From: Akkermansia muciniphila
GTDB lineage: Bacteria > Verrucomicrobiota > Verrucomicrobiia > Limisphaerales > UBA9464
DNA: 64,000 nucleotides
Direction of reading: 5' to 3'
NCBI GenBank assembly: GCA_945898055.1
Contig: CAMDGV010000011.1
Location: forward strand, 668 to 64,667
Each line of letters starts with the position of its first letter. The first letter of the stretch is position 1. The position numbers were made by a program, and so were the translations under genes. Of the stretch, positions 32,120-40,819 are shown piece after piece. The notes beneath the pieces were generated by a model. The model was not told the DNA's origin. It worked only from the letters and a program-made list of their open reading frames with translations, and ran no database searches.

Positions 32120-34012
32120 ATGTTGACAGTTTCCAACGTTTCGAAGGGCTACGGGGGCCGAACCCTGTTTGAAGATGCGTCACTCCAATTTAATCGTACC
32201 GATCGACTGGGCTTAGTCGGGCCAAATGGCGCCGGCAAGTCTACGCTGTTCAAGTTGATTCTCCGGCAGGAGGAACCCGACCAAGGATTGGTGACTTTCC
32301 AGCGAGGAATCACCGTGGGGTTTCTGCCTCAAGAAAGTGCTCCGATTGGCGAGGAGACCGTTCTTGAATTAGCCACAAATTTTCAGGATCCCGGTACCGT
32401 TTCTGACGACTATTATTTTTACGCCGACGGCCCTGCCATCGCAAAGGCGAAGCGGTTATTGAAGGGGTTGGCCTTTCGGGAGACAGACTATGACCGACCC
32501 GCCCGAGAATTATCTGGAGGTTGGGTGATGCGAGCTCACTTGGCACGATTGCTCGTGCAAGAGCCCGACATCCTGATGTTAGATGAACCAACGAACCATC
32601 TAGATCTGGAGACATTGCTGTGGTTTCAAGGGTATTTGCGTAATTATGCGGGAGCCATCTTGGTGATTTCACATGACCGCGAGTTTTTGAATCAGTTGGT
32701 GACTGGGATCGTGGAGATTCGGAATGAGCGACTGTATCGGTATGTCGGGAATTATGATGTCTTTTTAGAACAGCGAGAAGCTCAGCAAGAACAGCAATTA
32801 GCCGCCTTCAAGAATCAGCAGCGTGAGATTGGTCGTCTGATGGATTTCGTGAATAAGTTTCGGGCTAAAGCCTCCACGGCGACGCGGGCCCAAGCGAAGC
32901 TCAAGCAAATTGACCGAATGGATCGGGTGAACTCACCGGAGCAAGCGTCATCGACGGTTGACTTTGCCTTCCCGCAACCCGAGCAGAGTGGGCAACGAGT
33001 TCTCACCTTAAGGAAAGTCGACTTCGCTTACGGCGAGAATGTCATTTACCAGCGGTTAGAATTTGAAGCGCAGCGCGGTGATCGCACGGTGTTGGTGGGG
33101 CCGAACGGTTCAGGGAAATCGACCCTACTTAAACTCCTTGCCGGAGTGATCACCCATCAGGCAGGCGAACGCGACTTAGGGTTGCGCGTGAAGGTGGGCT
33201 ATTTCTCCCAATACCGAACTGAAATGCTTCAAGCCCATCGATCCGTACTTGAAGAGGCATCGGATACACCGGCGCGCGTTACTGAATTGTATATTCGATC
33301 CCTTTTGGGCTGCTTTCTTTTCCGTGACGACGATGTTTTTAAAAAGGTGTCAGTACTGAGCGGGGGAGAAAAGACGCGGTTGGCGTTGGTCAAGCTCTTA
33401 CTGGATCCGCCAAATATGTTGTTAATGGATGAGCCAACCACCCATTTAGACATCGCAAGTATCGACGCCTTAGTTGCGGCCTTGAGCGAGTTTATTGGAA
33501 CTTTGGTTTTCATTAGTCACGATGTGTATTTCATTCGCTCGATTGCGACCAAAGTACTGCATATCAATGCCGGTGTCTTGACGCCTTACGCTGGGGACTA
33601 CGATTATTATTTGGAGAAAACCAAGGCTTTATCGGCCCGCGTGGCCTTGACTTCGGCCACCCCAGGAAAGGGTTTAAGTAACGGCCGACCAGAGACCAAA
33701 GGTGGACGATCTGAGGCGAGACCTAATCCTCAAGTTTCCGGTAAGGACCGACGTCAAGAAGGTTCCGATGCGCGTAAAGCTTTGAGTGTGCAGAAGCAGA
33801 AGGTTTCTCAATTGGAAACCATGGTGGCTGCTTTGGAAGGGAAGCAGAATGATTTGGCCAATGAATTAGAGAAGCCAACGACTTATACGACCCCTGGGCG
33901 CGCTTTGACTTTGAATCAGGAGATACGCGCTGTGTCGCATGATTTGGCGCGTACGACCGCTGACTGGGAATTGGCTGCCACCCGACTGGCTCAATTGGAG
34001 GCAGAAATCTAG
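32120..34012 (+). CDS. ABC-F family ATPase (two ABC cassettes, C-terminal coiled coil)
   Basis: Walker A motifs GPNGAGKST and GPNGSGKST. Signature motifs LSGGW and LSGGEK. It has an inter-domain linker, no TM domain, and a charged C-terminal tail. The ATG at 32120 is preferred over the TTG at 32075. Confidence 0.9.
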   Translation: MLTVSNVSKGYGGRTLFEDASLQFNRTDRLGLVGPNGAGKSTLFKLILRQEEPDQGLVTFQRGITVGFLPQESAPIGEETVLELATNFQDPGTVSDDYYFYADGPAIAKAKRLLKGLAFRETDYDRPARELSGGWVMRAHLARLLVQEPDILMLDEPTNHLDLETLLWFQGYLRNYAGAILVISHDREFLNQLVTGIVEIRNERLYRYVGNYDVFLEQREAQQEQQLAAFKNQQREIGRLMDFVNKFRAKASTATRAQAKLKQIDRMDRVNSPEQASSTVDFAFPQPEQSGQRVLTLRKVDFAYGENVIYQRLEFEAQRGDRTVLVGPNGSGKSTLLKLLAGVITHQAGERDLGLRVKVGYFSQYRTEMLQAHRSVLEEASDTPARVTELYIRSLLGCFLFRDDDVFKKVSVLSGGEKTRLALVKLLLDPPNMLLMDEPTTHLDIASIDALVAALSEFIGTLVFISHDVYFIRSIATKVLHINAGVLTPYAGDYDYYLEKTKALSARVALTSATPGKGLSNGRPETKGGRSEARPNPQVSGKDRRQEGSDARKALSVQKQKVSQLETMVAALEGKQNDLANELEKPTTYTTPGRALTLNQEIRAVSHDLARTTADWELAATRLAQLEAEI

Positions 34013-34292
34013 AACTCTCCAACACCGGAGCGCCCCTAAAGACGGCATGGGTAAAGGGAGAGGCGTTTTTCGAAGTTTGCTACCTTTTGGTACTGGATTT
34101 CGAGAGGCCGCAAAATGCCACTCTGACTCTGCTCTTTGAAGGCTACCTTAACCTATTTATCGACATGCTAAACGCCTTGATCCGTGCTGTTAGTGATTTT
34201 TTGGAATCCTGGATTGAGCCACTCAATGGGCTGTGCTCCATCGATTGTTTTGGCGATCGAGGGAGAGCAGTCGTTTGGCAGATCGTGCGCCC

Positions 34293-35327
34293 ATGAGAAT
34301 CATCAGTCCCCGTTCTCGGTCGGAGAGTCAGCGATTAGGCCTCGTTTGGGGTTCGCTAATTGGCGATGCCTTAGCGATGCCAGTCCATTGGTATTATGAC
34401 CGTGTTGCCTTGCGGCGGGATTATGGTTTTGTCCAAAATTATATGCTGCCGCAGAGTCCTCATCCGGACAGTATTCTTTGGCGTTCGACGTACACTCCAT
34501 TGAATGAACGCGGGTCCATTTTGCATGGGCAGGCAAAATATTGGGGGCAGAAAGGGGTTCATTATCATCAGTTTTTGCACGCGGGCGAAAACACCTTGAA
34601 TCTGCAATTAGTGAAGGTTTTAGTGGACTCGCTGATTGCGTGCGATGGATATAATTCAGCGGACTATTTGCGGCGGTATATTGATTTTATGCTGACCCCA
34701 GGACGCCACAACGACACCTACATTGAGGAGTGTCACCGAAACTTTTTTACTGCCTATGCGCGGGGGGTAAAACCAGAAAAGTGTGGAGGGGTTGACGTCC
34801 ACATAGGGGGACTTGCCCCTGTGGGTGTGCTTTGCAGTTTTCTGTCGAATCACCCCAAAGCCCTAAGCGCCGCAGTACAAGAGCATCTTCAACTGACCCA
34901 TCGGAGTCCTGAGGTCCTGAAGGCGGCGGGGGCCTTAGTCCAAATTATAAATTCAGTATTGGCTGGAGGCGACCTGCGTGAAGCCATTTTTGAATATGGC
35001 AGCGATTGGTTTTCAAAACGGAAAGCGGAGCAATGGTCTCGTGAATCGGATGAAGTTGTCATTGGGCAACGGGTAAGTTCCGCCTGTTATATCGACGATG
35101 CTTTTCCTGCCTCGCTCTTTCTAGCCTGGAAGTATGCCACTGACTTTGAAGCTGGGATCGTAGCTAACGCTAATGTGGGTGGGGATAATTGTCATCGGGG
35201 TGCAGTGGTGGGTGCCTTACTCGGTGTCTCAATGGGGATTGATGGAGTTCCTGCTCGATTTTATGAAGGATTGCAAGGTGCTAAAATTCTTGAAAACCAA
35301 CTTCAGCAATGGCCTGTTAGGTTCTAA
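34293..35327 (+). CDS. ADP-ribosylglycohydrolase-family protein
   Basis: N-terminal LIGDALAMPVHWYYD and C-terminal GGDNCHRGAVVGALLG, which are the family metal-site regions. The ATG at 34293 is preferred. Confidence 0.85.
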   Translation: MRIISPRSRSESQRLGLVWGSLIGDALAMPVHWYYDRVALRRDYGFVQNYMLPQSPHPDSILWRSTYTPLNERGSILHGQAKYWGQKGVHYHQFLHAGENTLNLQLVKVLVDSLIACDGYNSADYLRRYIDFMLTPGRHNDTYIEECHRNFFTAYARGVKPEKCGGVDVHIGGLAPVGVLCSFLSNHPKALSAAVQEHLQLTHRSPEVLKAAGALVQIINSVLAGGDLREAIFEYGSDWFSKRKAEQWSRESDEVVIGQRVSSACYIDDAFPASLFLAWKYATDFEAGIVANANVGGDNCHRGAVVGALLGVSMGIDGVPARFYEGLQGAKILENQLQQWPVRF

Positions 35328-35387
35328 TCTCTGTTTCCCATTTTTTACCCAGTTGCCTTTCACTGTTCGAGTACCACTGTAAGGTTC

Positions 35388-36542
35388 ATGATGAACGAAT
35401 TAAGTGCGCGCGTCTTTCCAGAGTTCAGTCTGTCACGTTTGCTGAAAACAGTTTTTGAACCGAAGCAGGGTCAGCGAATCGGTATTTTTATCGACCTTCT
35501 AGACCCTCGGGATATCACTAACTTTGCCTTTTTGAAGGATCCTGCCCTGACCATTCAAGGGCACGCTTATCGAGACTTTTATCTGGGATTGAAGCACGGA
35601 GTAATGGAGGAGTTGGGTTTAATTGGCGGCAATCTTTTTGCCTATCAGATCACCGGCGGCAGTAATCTAGATCTGCCAGAGACGGCTTGGACGCCAGACG
35701 GTCTAAAGGTCAACCTGTTGAGCGATGTTTATCCGCAGTTCGACCTTATTCTGTGTATTTCGACCTTTTCAGCCACGGCACCTCTGACCGCTTTTGCTAA
35801 GCAGTTTGGATTTCGAGGGGCGACATTGCATGGAGTGAACCCAGTTATTCTCAGCACCGGCTTATCCGTAGACTACAATGAAGTCAGTCGACAGGCGGAG
35901 AAGTTGCGACGTTTGATGACCGGAGCCGATTCCTTTGAAATCGATTTTGAAGGTTCAGGGTTTAAAACCACCCTTAAATTGAACTGCAATCGGCAGGAGG
36001 CCCAGAAAAGTCATGGACTCTGCCGAGGCGACAAACCCGACGTGGCCAATTTGCCTGCGGGCGAAGTTTATTTTGTTCCAACAGGTGCGGAGGGTCAGTT
36101 TCCGCGAGTCTACGAGGATGGGACAGTGGGCCTTCTTCAGGTGACAGGCGGGCGGATTTTCCGAGCGACTTTTCTTTCGGGTAATTCGTCGACAATTGAC
36201 GCGCAGAACCTTTTGTTAAGTACAGATCCGGCGACCGGTGAACTGGGTGAGTTGGGATTTGGTACCCAAGATTTGCCCGCATCAGGTCGAGATATTCAGG
36301 ATGAAAAAATTCTTGGAACACTGCATATAGCTACGGGTCGCAGCGATCACTTGGGGGGGCATTTAACTCCGCAAATGTTCAAGGTGGCAAAGAATGCGAC
36401 TCACAATGACATTTTGTTTTCATCCACAAAAACACCGTGCGTGCGTGTTCCCCAAGTGCGGATGTTTCGCGATGGGAAAATGGAGGTGGTAATTGAGAAT
36501 TATCGACCTGCTGTTTATCTCGAACAGGCCCTTAGTTTGTGA
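35388..36542 (+). CDS. Hypothetical protein with peptidase-M29 (AmpS/aminopeptidase T)-like motifs
   Basis: NLPAGEVYFVPTG, GELGELGFGTQ, EKILGTLHIATGRSDHLGG and ATHNDILF resemble the M29 metal-binding segments. This is motif-level similarity only. Confidence 0.5.
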   Translation: MMNELSARVFPEFSLSRLLKTVFEPKQGQRIGIFIDLLDPRDITNFAFLKDPALTIQGHAYRDFYLGLKHGVMEELGLIGGNLFAYQITGGSNLDLPETAWTPDGLKVNLLSDVYPQFDLILCISTFSATAPLTAFAKQFGFRGATLHGVNPVILSTGLSVDYNEVSRQAEKLRRLMTGADSFEIDFEGSGFKTTLKLNCNRQEAQKSHGLCRGDKPDVANLPAGEVYFVPTGAEGQFPRVYEDGTVGLLQVTGGRIFRATFLSGNSSTIDAQNLLLSTDPATGELGELGFGTQDLPASGRDIQDEKILGTLHIATGRSDHLGGHLTPQMFKVAKNATHNDILFSSTKTPCVRVPQVRMFRDGKMEVVIENYRPAVYLEQALSL

Positions 36543-37330
36543 GCCCACTCTCCTTTTACGAGACAGAACGGGCTGTTTCCGAGTACCTTCTTTTCCATTA
36601 TGGGGCGTCGACTGAAACGATGCCTTGGAGTTTTGGACCGATCGCGGCGCTGGAATATCCAGCGCGCTGTGTTTCTGAGTGCTTAGATATTGAGCGACTT
36701 CCTTTGAATCCGCGGGCACTGGACTTGGGCTGCGCTGTAGGAAGATCTACTTTCGAGTTGGCGCGGCATTGCCAGGAAGTCGTTGGAATCGACTTTTCGG
36801 AGCGGTTCATCGAAGTCGCGGGTCGTTTAAAAGATCAAGGTTCATTGGCTTACGAGTACGCTGAGGAAGGTCTTCTGAGATCGACCGCTCTAGCTACGGT
36901 ACCGCCCGAGATTGACCGAATGCGGGTACGGTTTGAACACGGTGATGCCCAAGCATTAAGGCCAGATCTAGGGCAGTTCGACGTAGTTTTGTTGGCTAAT
37001 TTGTTGGATCGACTGCCTGACCCGAGAGCATTCTTGCAAGTGTTACCTTCCCTGATTCGAAGAGGAGGACAGTTAATTTGCGCGACCCCTTGTACTTGGC
37101 TCGAAGAATACACCCCGGTATCGAACTGGCTGGGGGGATTTGTTCATCAAGGCCACTCGGTGACAACCCTTGCCACCCTCGAATTCACCTTGGGACCCTC
37201 GTTTAGTCGAGTCCGGACGCTGGACCTCCCGTTTAGCATTCGCGAGCATCGGCGAAAGTTCCAGTGGAGCGTCGCCCAATCCACGGTTTGGATTCGGAAG
37301 GACAGTGAGGCGAGTCCTGTTGGGTGCTGA
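36539..37330 (+). CDS. Class I SAM-dependent methyltransferase (resembles the OvoA C-terminal / putative 4-mercaptohistidine N1-methyltransferase family)
   Basis: SAM motif ALDLGCAVGRST. The N-terminal FYETERAVSEYLLFHYG is as I recall for the stand-alone OvoA-C-terminal-like family. The GTG start overlaps the upstream stop (GTGA at 36539-36542). Confidence 0.7.
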   Translation: MSPLSFYETERAVSEYLLFHYGASTETMPWSFGPIAALEYPARCVSECLDIERLPLNPRALDLGCAVGRSTFELARHCQEVVGIDFSERFIEVAGRLKDQGSLAYEYAEEGLLRSTALATVPPEIDRMRVRFEHGDAQALRPDLGQFDVVLLANLLDRLPDPRAFLQVLPSLIRRGGQLICATPCTWLEEYTPVSNWLGGFVHQGHSVTTLATLEFTLGPSFSRVRTLDLPFSIREHRRKFQWSVAQSTVWIRKDSEASPVGC

Positions 37331-37358
37331 TTTCATTTAATGAACGAAGCCGAAGGAA

Positions 37359-37402
37359 GGGCGATCCGCTTTTAGTGGACGGAGTCGCCCCATTTTCATT
37401 TT
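37359..37402 (+). terminator. Possible intrinsic terminator after the methyltransferase
   Basis: GGGCGATCCG ... CGGAGTCGCCC forms an imperfect stem with one bulge, followed by CATTTTCATTTT. Confidence 0.4.
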
Positions 37403-37552
37403 GGTATTTGCTTGGATGCTCAATAGCGTGATTGAGGAATTAGGCGCGGCCAATTATCTCGTCAGTTTATTAGGTGATCGATTGCCCGCTCGTGGGTTGC
37501 CCGCTCTAGTCTTTCTTTTGGGTTAAGACAGTAGGGTTGTTAGGGGAGAAAA

Positions 37553-38245
37553 TTGCCACTCGCCACTTGGCGTCAAGAGGCCTTGGAGACTAGTATCGCC
37601 TCTGTGTCAGGTACTCTTTTTTTTATTGCCATGCTCGGCGCTTATTTTCTTGGTTCGATCCCCACCGGTTTTCTGATGGCACGCTGGATGCAGGTAGATA
37701 TCACCCGGGTGGGCAGCGGGAATATTGGAGCGACCAATGTGTTTCGCATTTTGGGTAAAGGCCCGGGTGCATTGGTCCTTTTCGTCGATTTAGCGAAGGG
37801 CTTTGTGGCCGTTTGGGCGCTTCCGATTTTGCTCATTGAATTGACTCGAGTCGGCTCACCTTGGTTATCAGAAGGAGCGGCGATCGGTGTCGTTTTGGGT
37901 CACAACTACACCTGTTGGCTCAGGTTTAAAGGGGGTAAGGGGATTGCCACTTCAGCGGGCGCTTTGGCTGCCCTAATACCGGGACCCTTTCTGATCGTTT
38001 TTATTACTTGGCTTCTGGTGTTTGGGCTTAGCCGTTATGTTTCGTTGGCATCGATCGCCGCCGCCTTAGCTCTTCCCATTGCCACAGTGCTGAGTCTGCA
38101 GGGAGAGATGTCCTTGCCATTGGTCGGTTTGACCACAGTGCTTTCTGCTTTGGCTATCTGGCGGCATGTTCCCAATATTCGACGTCTTATCGCTGGAACG
38201 GAGAGCCGGGTGGGAGCGGGTCACAAGGCGGAGACCGTTCGATGA
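37553..38245 (+). CDS. plsY: Glycerol-3-phosphate acyltransferase PlsY
   Basis: AYFLGSIPTGFL and GSGNIGATNVFRILG motifs. A TTG start is needed to retain the first TM helix. Confidence 0.9.
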   Translation: MPLATWRQEALETSIASVSGTLFFIAMLGAYFLGSIPTGFLMARWMQVDITRVGSGNIGATNVFRILGKGPGALVLFVDLAKGFVAVWALPILLIELTRVGSPWLSEGAAIGVVLGHNYTCWLRFKGGKGIATSAGALAALIPGPFLIVFITWLLVFGLSRYVSLASIAAALALPIATVLSLQGEMSLPLVGLTTVLSALAIWRHVPNIRRLIAGTESRVGAGHKAETVR

Positions 38246-39222
38246 TTGTCGGTATTCTGGGAGCCGGCGCTTGGGGAACAGCGTTGGCCCTGACACTCCA
38301 CAAGAACGGGCATAAAATTATTCTCTGGGGACATAATTCAGAGCATTTGGAGGCGATAAAGACCCAAGGTGTCAATGATCGGTATTTGGCATCGGTGGCG
38401 CTGCCGGAGGGGTGGATTTACGAACACGAACTCGCTGCGACAATTAGGCAGTCTGACTTTATTATTGTAGCGGTTCCCTCCAAAGCACTCCGCGAGACGG
38501 CGCGCCGTTTGATTGGATTTGCCGGGGTGGTGGTGAGTGTGACCAAGGGAATAGAGGCAAGCACCGGGTTGACGATGACTGGCATTCTAACGGAGGAGGC
38601 TCCAGGAGTTCGCATTGCCGCCTTATCTGGGCCTTCGCTTGCTTTAGAGGTGGCTCGTGGAATTCCCACGGCCGTCGTTGTGGCGAGTCGTGACGAATCG
38701 ATTTCGATTCAGGTGCAGGCTCTCTTTCATCGCCCCTCCTTTCGAGTTTATCGAAGTTCTGATTTAATCGGAATCGAACTAGGTGGCGCGCTCAAGAATG
38801 TGATCGCCATTGCGGCTGGGGTCTGTGACGGGTTGGGTTACGGGGATAACGCAAAAGCGGCACTGATTACCCGAGGAGAGGCAGAAATGCGTCGCTTGGG
38901 TGTGGCCTGCGGTGCGCGGCCTGAAACCTTTTCCGGTTTGGGGGGCTTGGGAGATTTGGTTGTGACCTGTTTTTCTAACTTGAGTCGGAATCGAGCCTTT
39001 GGAGAGAAAGTCGGCCGTGGTGGTAACATCGTCGAGATATTAGCGACAACTGTCTCCGCGGTAGAAGGGTATCCGACCACGCGATCTGCGCATCAACTAG
39101 CGGCACAGTTGCGAGTAGAGGCTCCGATTATTTCGGCGGTGCATGCCATGTTGTATGAAGGCAAGAATGTACAGCAAGCCGTGCAGGATTTACTCAGTCG
39201 AGATTCTAAGGTTGAAGATTAA
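38242..39222 (+). CDS. gpsA: NAD(P)H-dependent glycerol-3-phosphate dehydrogenase
   Basis: GAGAWGTALA Rossmann motif and GALKNVIAIAAG. ATGA overlap with the plsY stop. Confidence 0.93.
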   Translation: MIVGILGAGAWGTALALTLHKNGHKIILWGHNSEHLEAIKTQGVNDRYLASVALPEGWIYEHELAATIRQSDFIIVAVPSKALRETARRLIGFAGVVVSVTKGIEASTGLTMTGILTEEAPGVRIAALSGPSLALEVARGIPTAVVVASRDESISIQVQALFHRPSFRVYRSSDLIGIELGGALKNVIAIAAGVCDGLGYGDNAKAALITRGEAEMRRLGVACGARPETFSGLGGLGDLVVTCFSNLSRNRAFGEKVGRGGNIVEILATTVSAVEGYPTTRSAHQLAAQLRVEAPIISAVHAMLYEGKNVQQAVQDLLSRDSKVED

Positions 39223-39241
39223 GCCTTACTTAAGCCTTACT
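39220..39241. repeat. 11-bp perfect tandem duplication (TAAGCCTTACT x2)
   Basis: Read directly. The first copy starts with the gpsA stop codon, and the repeat fills most of the 24-nt gap to the convergent M16 gene. Confidence 0.85.
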
Positions 39242-39246
39242 GCGCA

Positions 39247-40746
39247 TCATCGATCTGGGTCTGAAGTCTTCGAGGGCAGGGGTTGAAGAGTGACTGGATC
39301 GCGTAGGGGCAGATCTCGAATACCGCCTTTGTAGAGGGATTCTAATTTAACCGGATGATCGGGATGCGTTTTGAGAATCTCTTCCTTTTTCCCTACCACT
39401 AGGAGGGTGACGCGGTCTGGGTGGAGATGTTTGACCGCGGCTTCCTGGACCTCGGCGGTGGTCACCGACTCAAGTCTTTGGGAGTAGGTTTTCCAAAAGT
39501 TGGGGTTCTTTTTAAAACGCCCAGTGAATTCTTCTCGAGCGAACAACGCCGCTACTTTGCCTTGGGTATTGAAGTTTTCTGAGAACGTATCGATGAACGA
39601 GCGCTTGGCTGTTCGCAGTTCCTCTTCGGTAACAGGTTTATCGATCATACGTTGCATTTCTTCGAGAACAATACTTGAAGCATAAGCGACCGTACGGCTC
39701 TTACTTTGAAAACCAGCGCGGAAGGTCGATGGGAACCAAGTGCCGCCAGGAAAGGAACTACCCGCTGAATAAGCCAAGCCTTCATCACTGCGGACCCGAT
39801 TCATAATGCGGGCCGTGAACCCACCCCCTCCGAGGATGTCGTTCATGATTTGAATCGCAGGATACGATGGGTCATCTCGCATCACCCCAGGCAGTAGGAT
39901 GGAGACACGACCTTGAGGGACATCTTTATCGACGACGTAGACACCGGGAGCTGCGGGATGAAGAACCGCTGGAATGGGAGGCGGTAATTCGCCTTGGAAC
40001 GGCCACTTTTCAAAGAGTGACTCGAGTTGTGCAGTCATCGCAGTGCGATCAAAATCTCCACTGACCGCGAGGGTAAAGTTCGCCGGATGAAACCACCTAT
40101 GGTGGAAGGTTAGAAGTTCCTGACGGGTGATGGCAGTGATGCTAGATCCGGTTGGATACCGAGCCGCCCAGAAGTCAGGCCCATGAGCCAAGGCCGCCAT
40201 TTCTCGGGCTTCAATATCGGCCGAATCATCATTGCGTTGTTTCAATCCCTGCAGTGTTTGTTGGCGTCGCAATTCTAATTTATCCTCTTGAAACCGTGGG
40301 CGACTGAGGACATCGCGGAGGATTCTGAGTCCTTCGAGAAGATCCTTCGAAAGAAGATTGAGCGAGACAGTACCCGAATCAGCACCAATGCCAGCAGAGA
40401 GCGAGGCTGCGAGGAAAGCGAGTCGTTCTTCGAGGACGTCGGCGGAGACCTCTTCTGTACCGCCGTGCACGAGCAAAGTCCCGAGCATCGAAGCCAGACC
40501 TTGGCGATCGACGGGATCGAGGTAACTGCCGACTCGAACGGTCACCTGTACTGTGACAAGAGGGAGTTCGCGATCTGGGATGATATAGGCGACCGGTCCT
40601 GATTTGAGCTGAGTGCGATGAAGAGAGGGATCTGGTGGTTGATAGCGCAGTTCGGGAAACGCCAGTTTTTCGGGTCGATCGGGGATAGCCGCAGGCGCAA
40701 GGCAAGCGGCGACCGTGAGTAAAACGAGCGAAGTGCGGATCAACAT
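39247..40746 (-). CDS. M16 (pitrilysin) family protein, probably non-catalytic
   Basis: Signal peptide and M16 N- and C-domain architecture. The position of the HxxEH zinc motif reads GLASMLGTLLVHGGT, with no HxxEH. Confidence 0.8.
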   Translation of the reverse strand: MLIRTSLVLLTVAACLAPAAIPDRPEKLAFPELRYQPPDPSLHRTQLKSGPVAYIIPDRELPLVTVQVTVRVGSYLDPVDRQGLASMLGTLLVHGGTEEVSADVLEERLAFLAASLSAGIGADSGTVSLNLLSKDLLEGLRILRDVLSRPRFQEDKLELRRQQTLQGLKQRNDDSADIEAREMAALAHGPDFWAARYPTGSSITAITRQELLTFHHRWFHPANFTLAVSGDFDRTAMTAQLESLFEKWPFQGELPPPIPAVLHPAAPGVYVVDKDVPQGRVSILLPGVMRDDPSYPAIQIMNDILGGGGFTARIMNRVRSDEGLAYSAGSSFPGGTWFPSTFRAGFQSKSRTVAYASSIVLEEMQRMIDKPVTEEELRTAKRSFIDTFSENFNTQGKVAALFAREEFTGRFKKNPNFWKTYSQRLESVTTAEVQEAAVKHLHPDRVTLLVVGKKEEILKTHPDHPVKLESLYKGGIRDLPLRDPVTLQPLPSKTSDPDR

Positions 40747-40819
40747 GGGGAGACTCTCTGGTTAACCGGCCTTCCCTGCAAGTCCGGTGGTGGGGCAACA
40801 CCACCGGAAAGTAATTTTT

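Noticed and set aside
34040-34075. GGGAGAGGCGTTTTTCGAAGTTTGCTACC after the ABC-F stop looked related to the island repeat.
   Set aside because: It resembles the repeat only when the repeat is read backwards (mirror, not reverse complement). That similarity comes from a T-run flanked by G-rich sequence and is not homology. It may be part of a weak terminator with a long loop, which I could not support.
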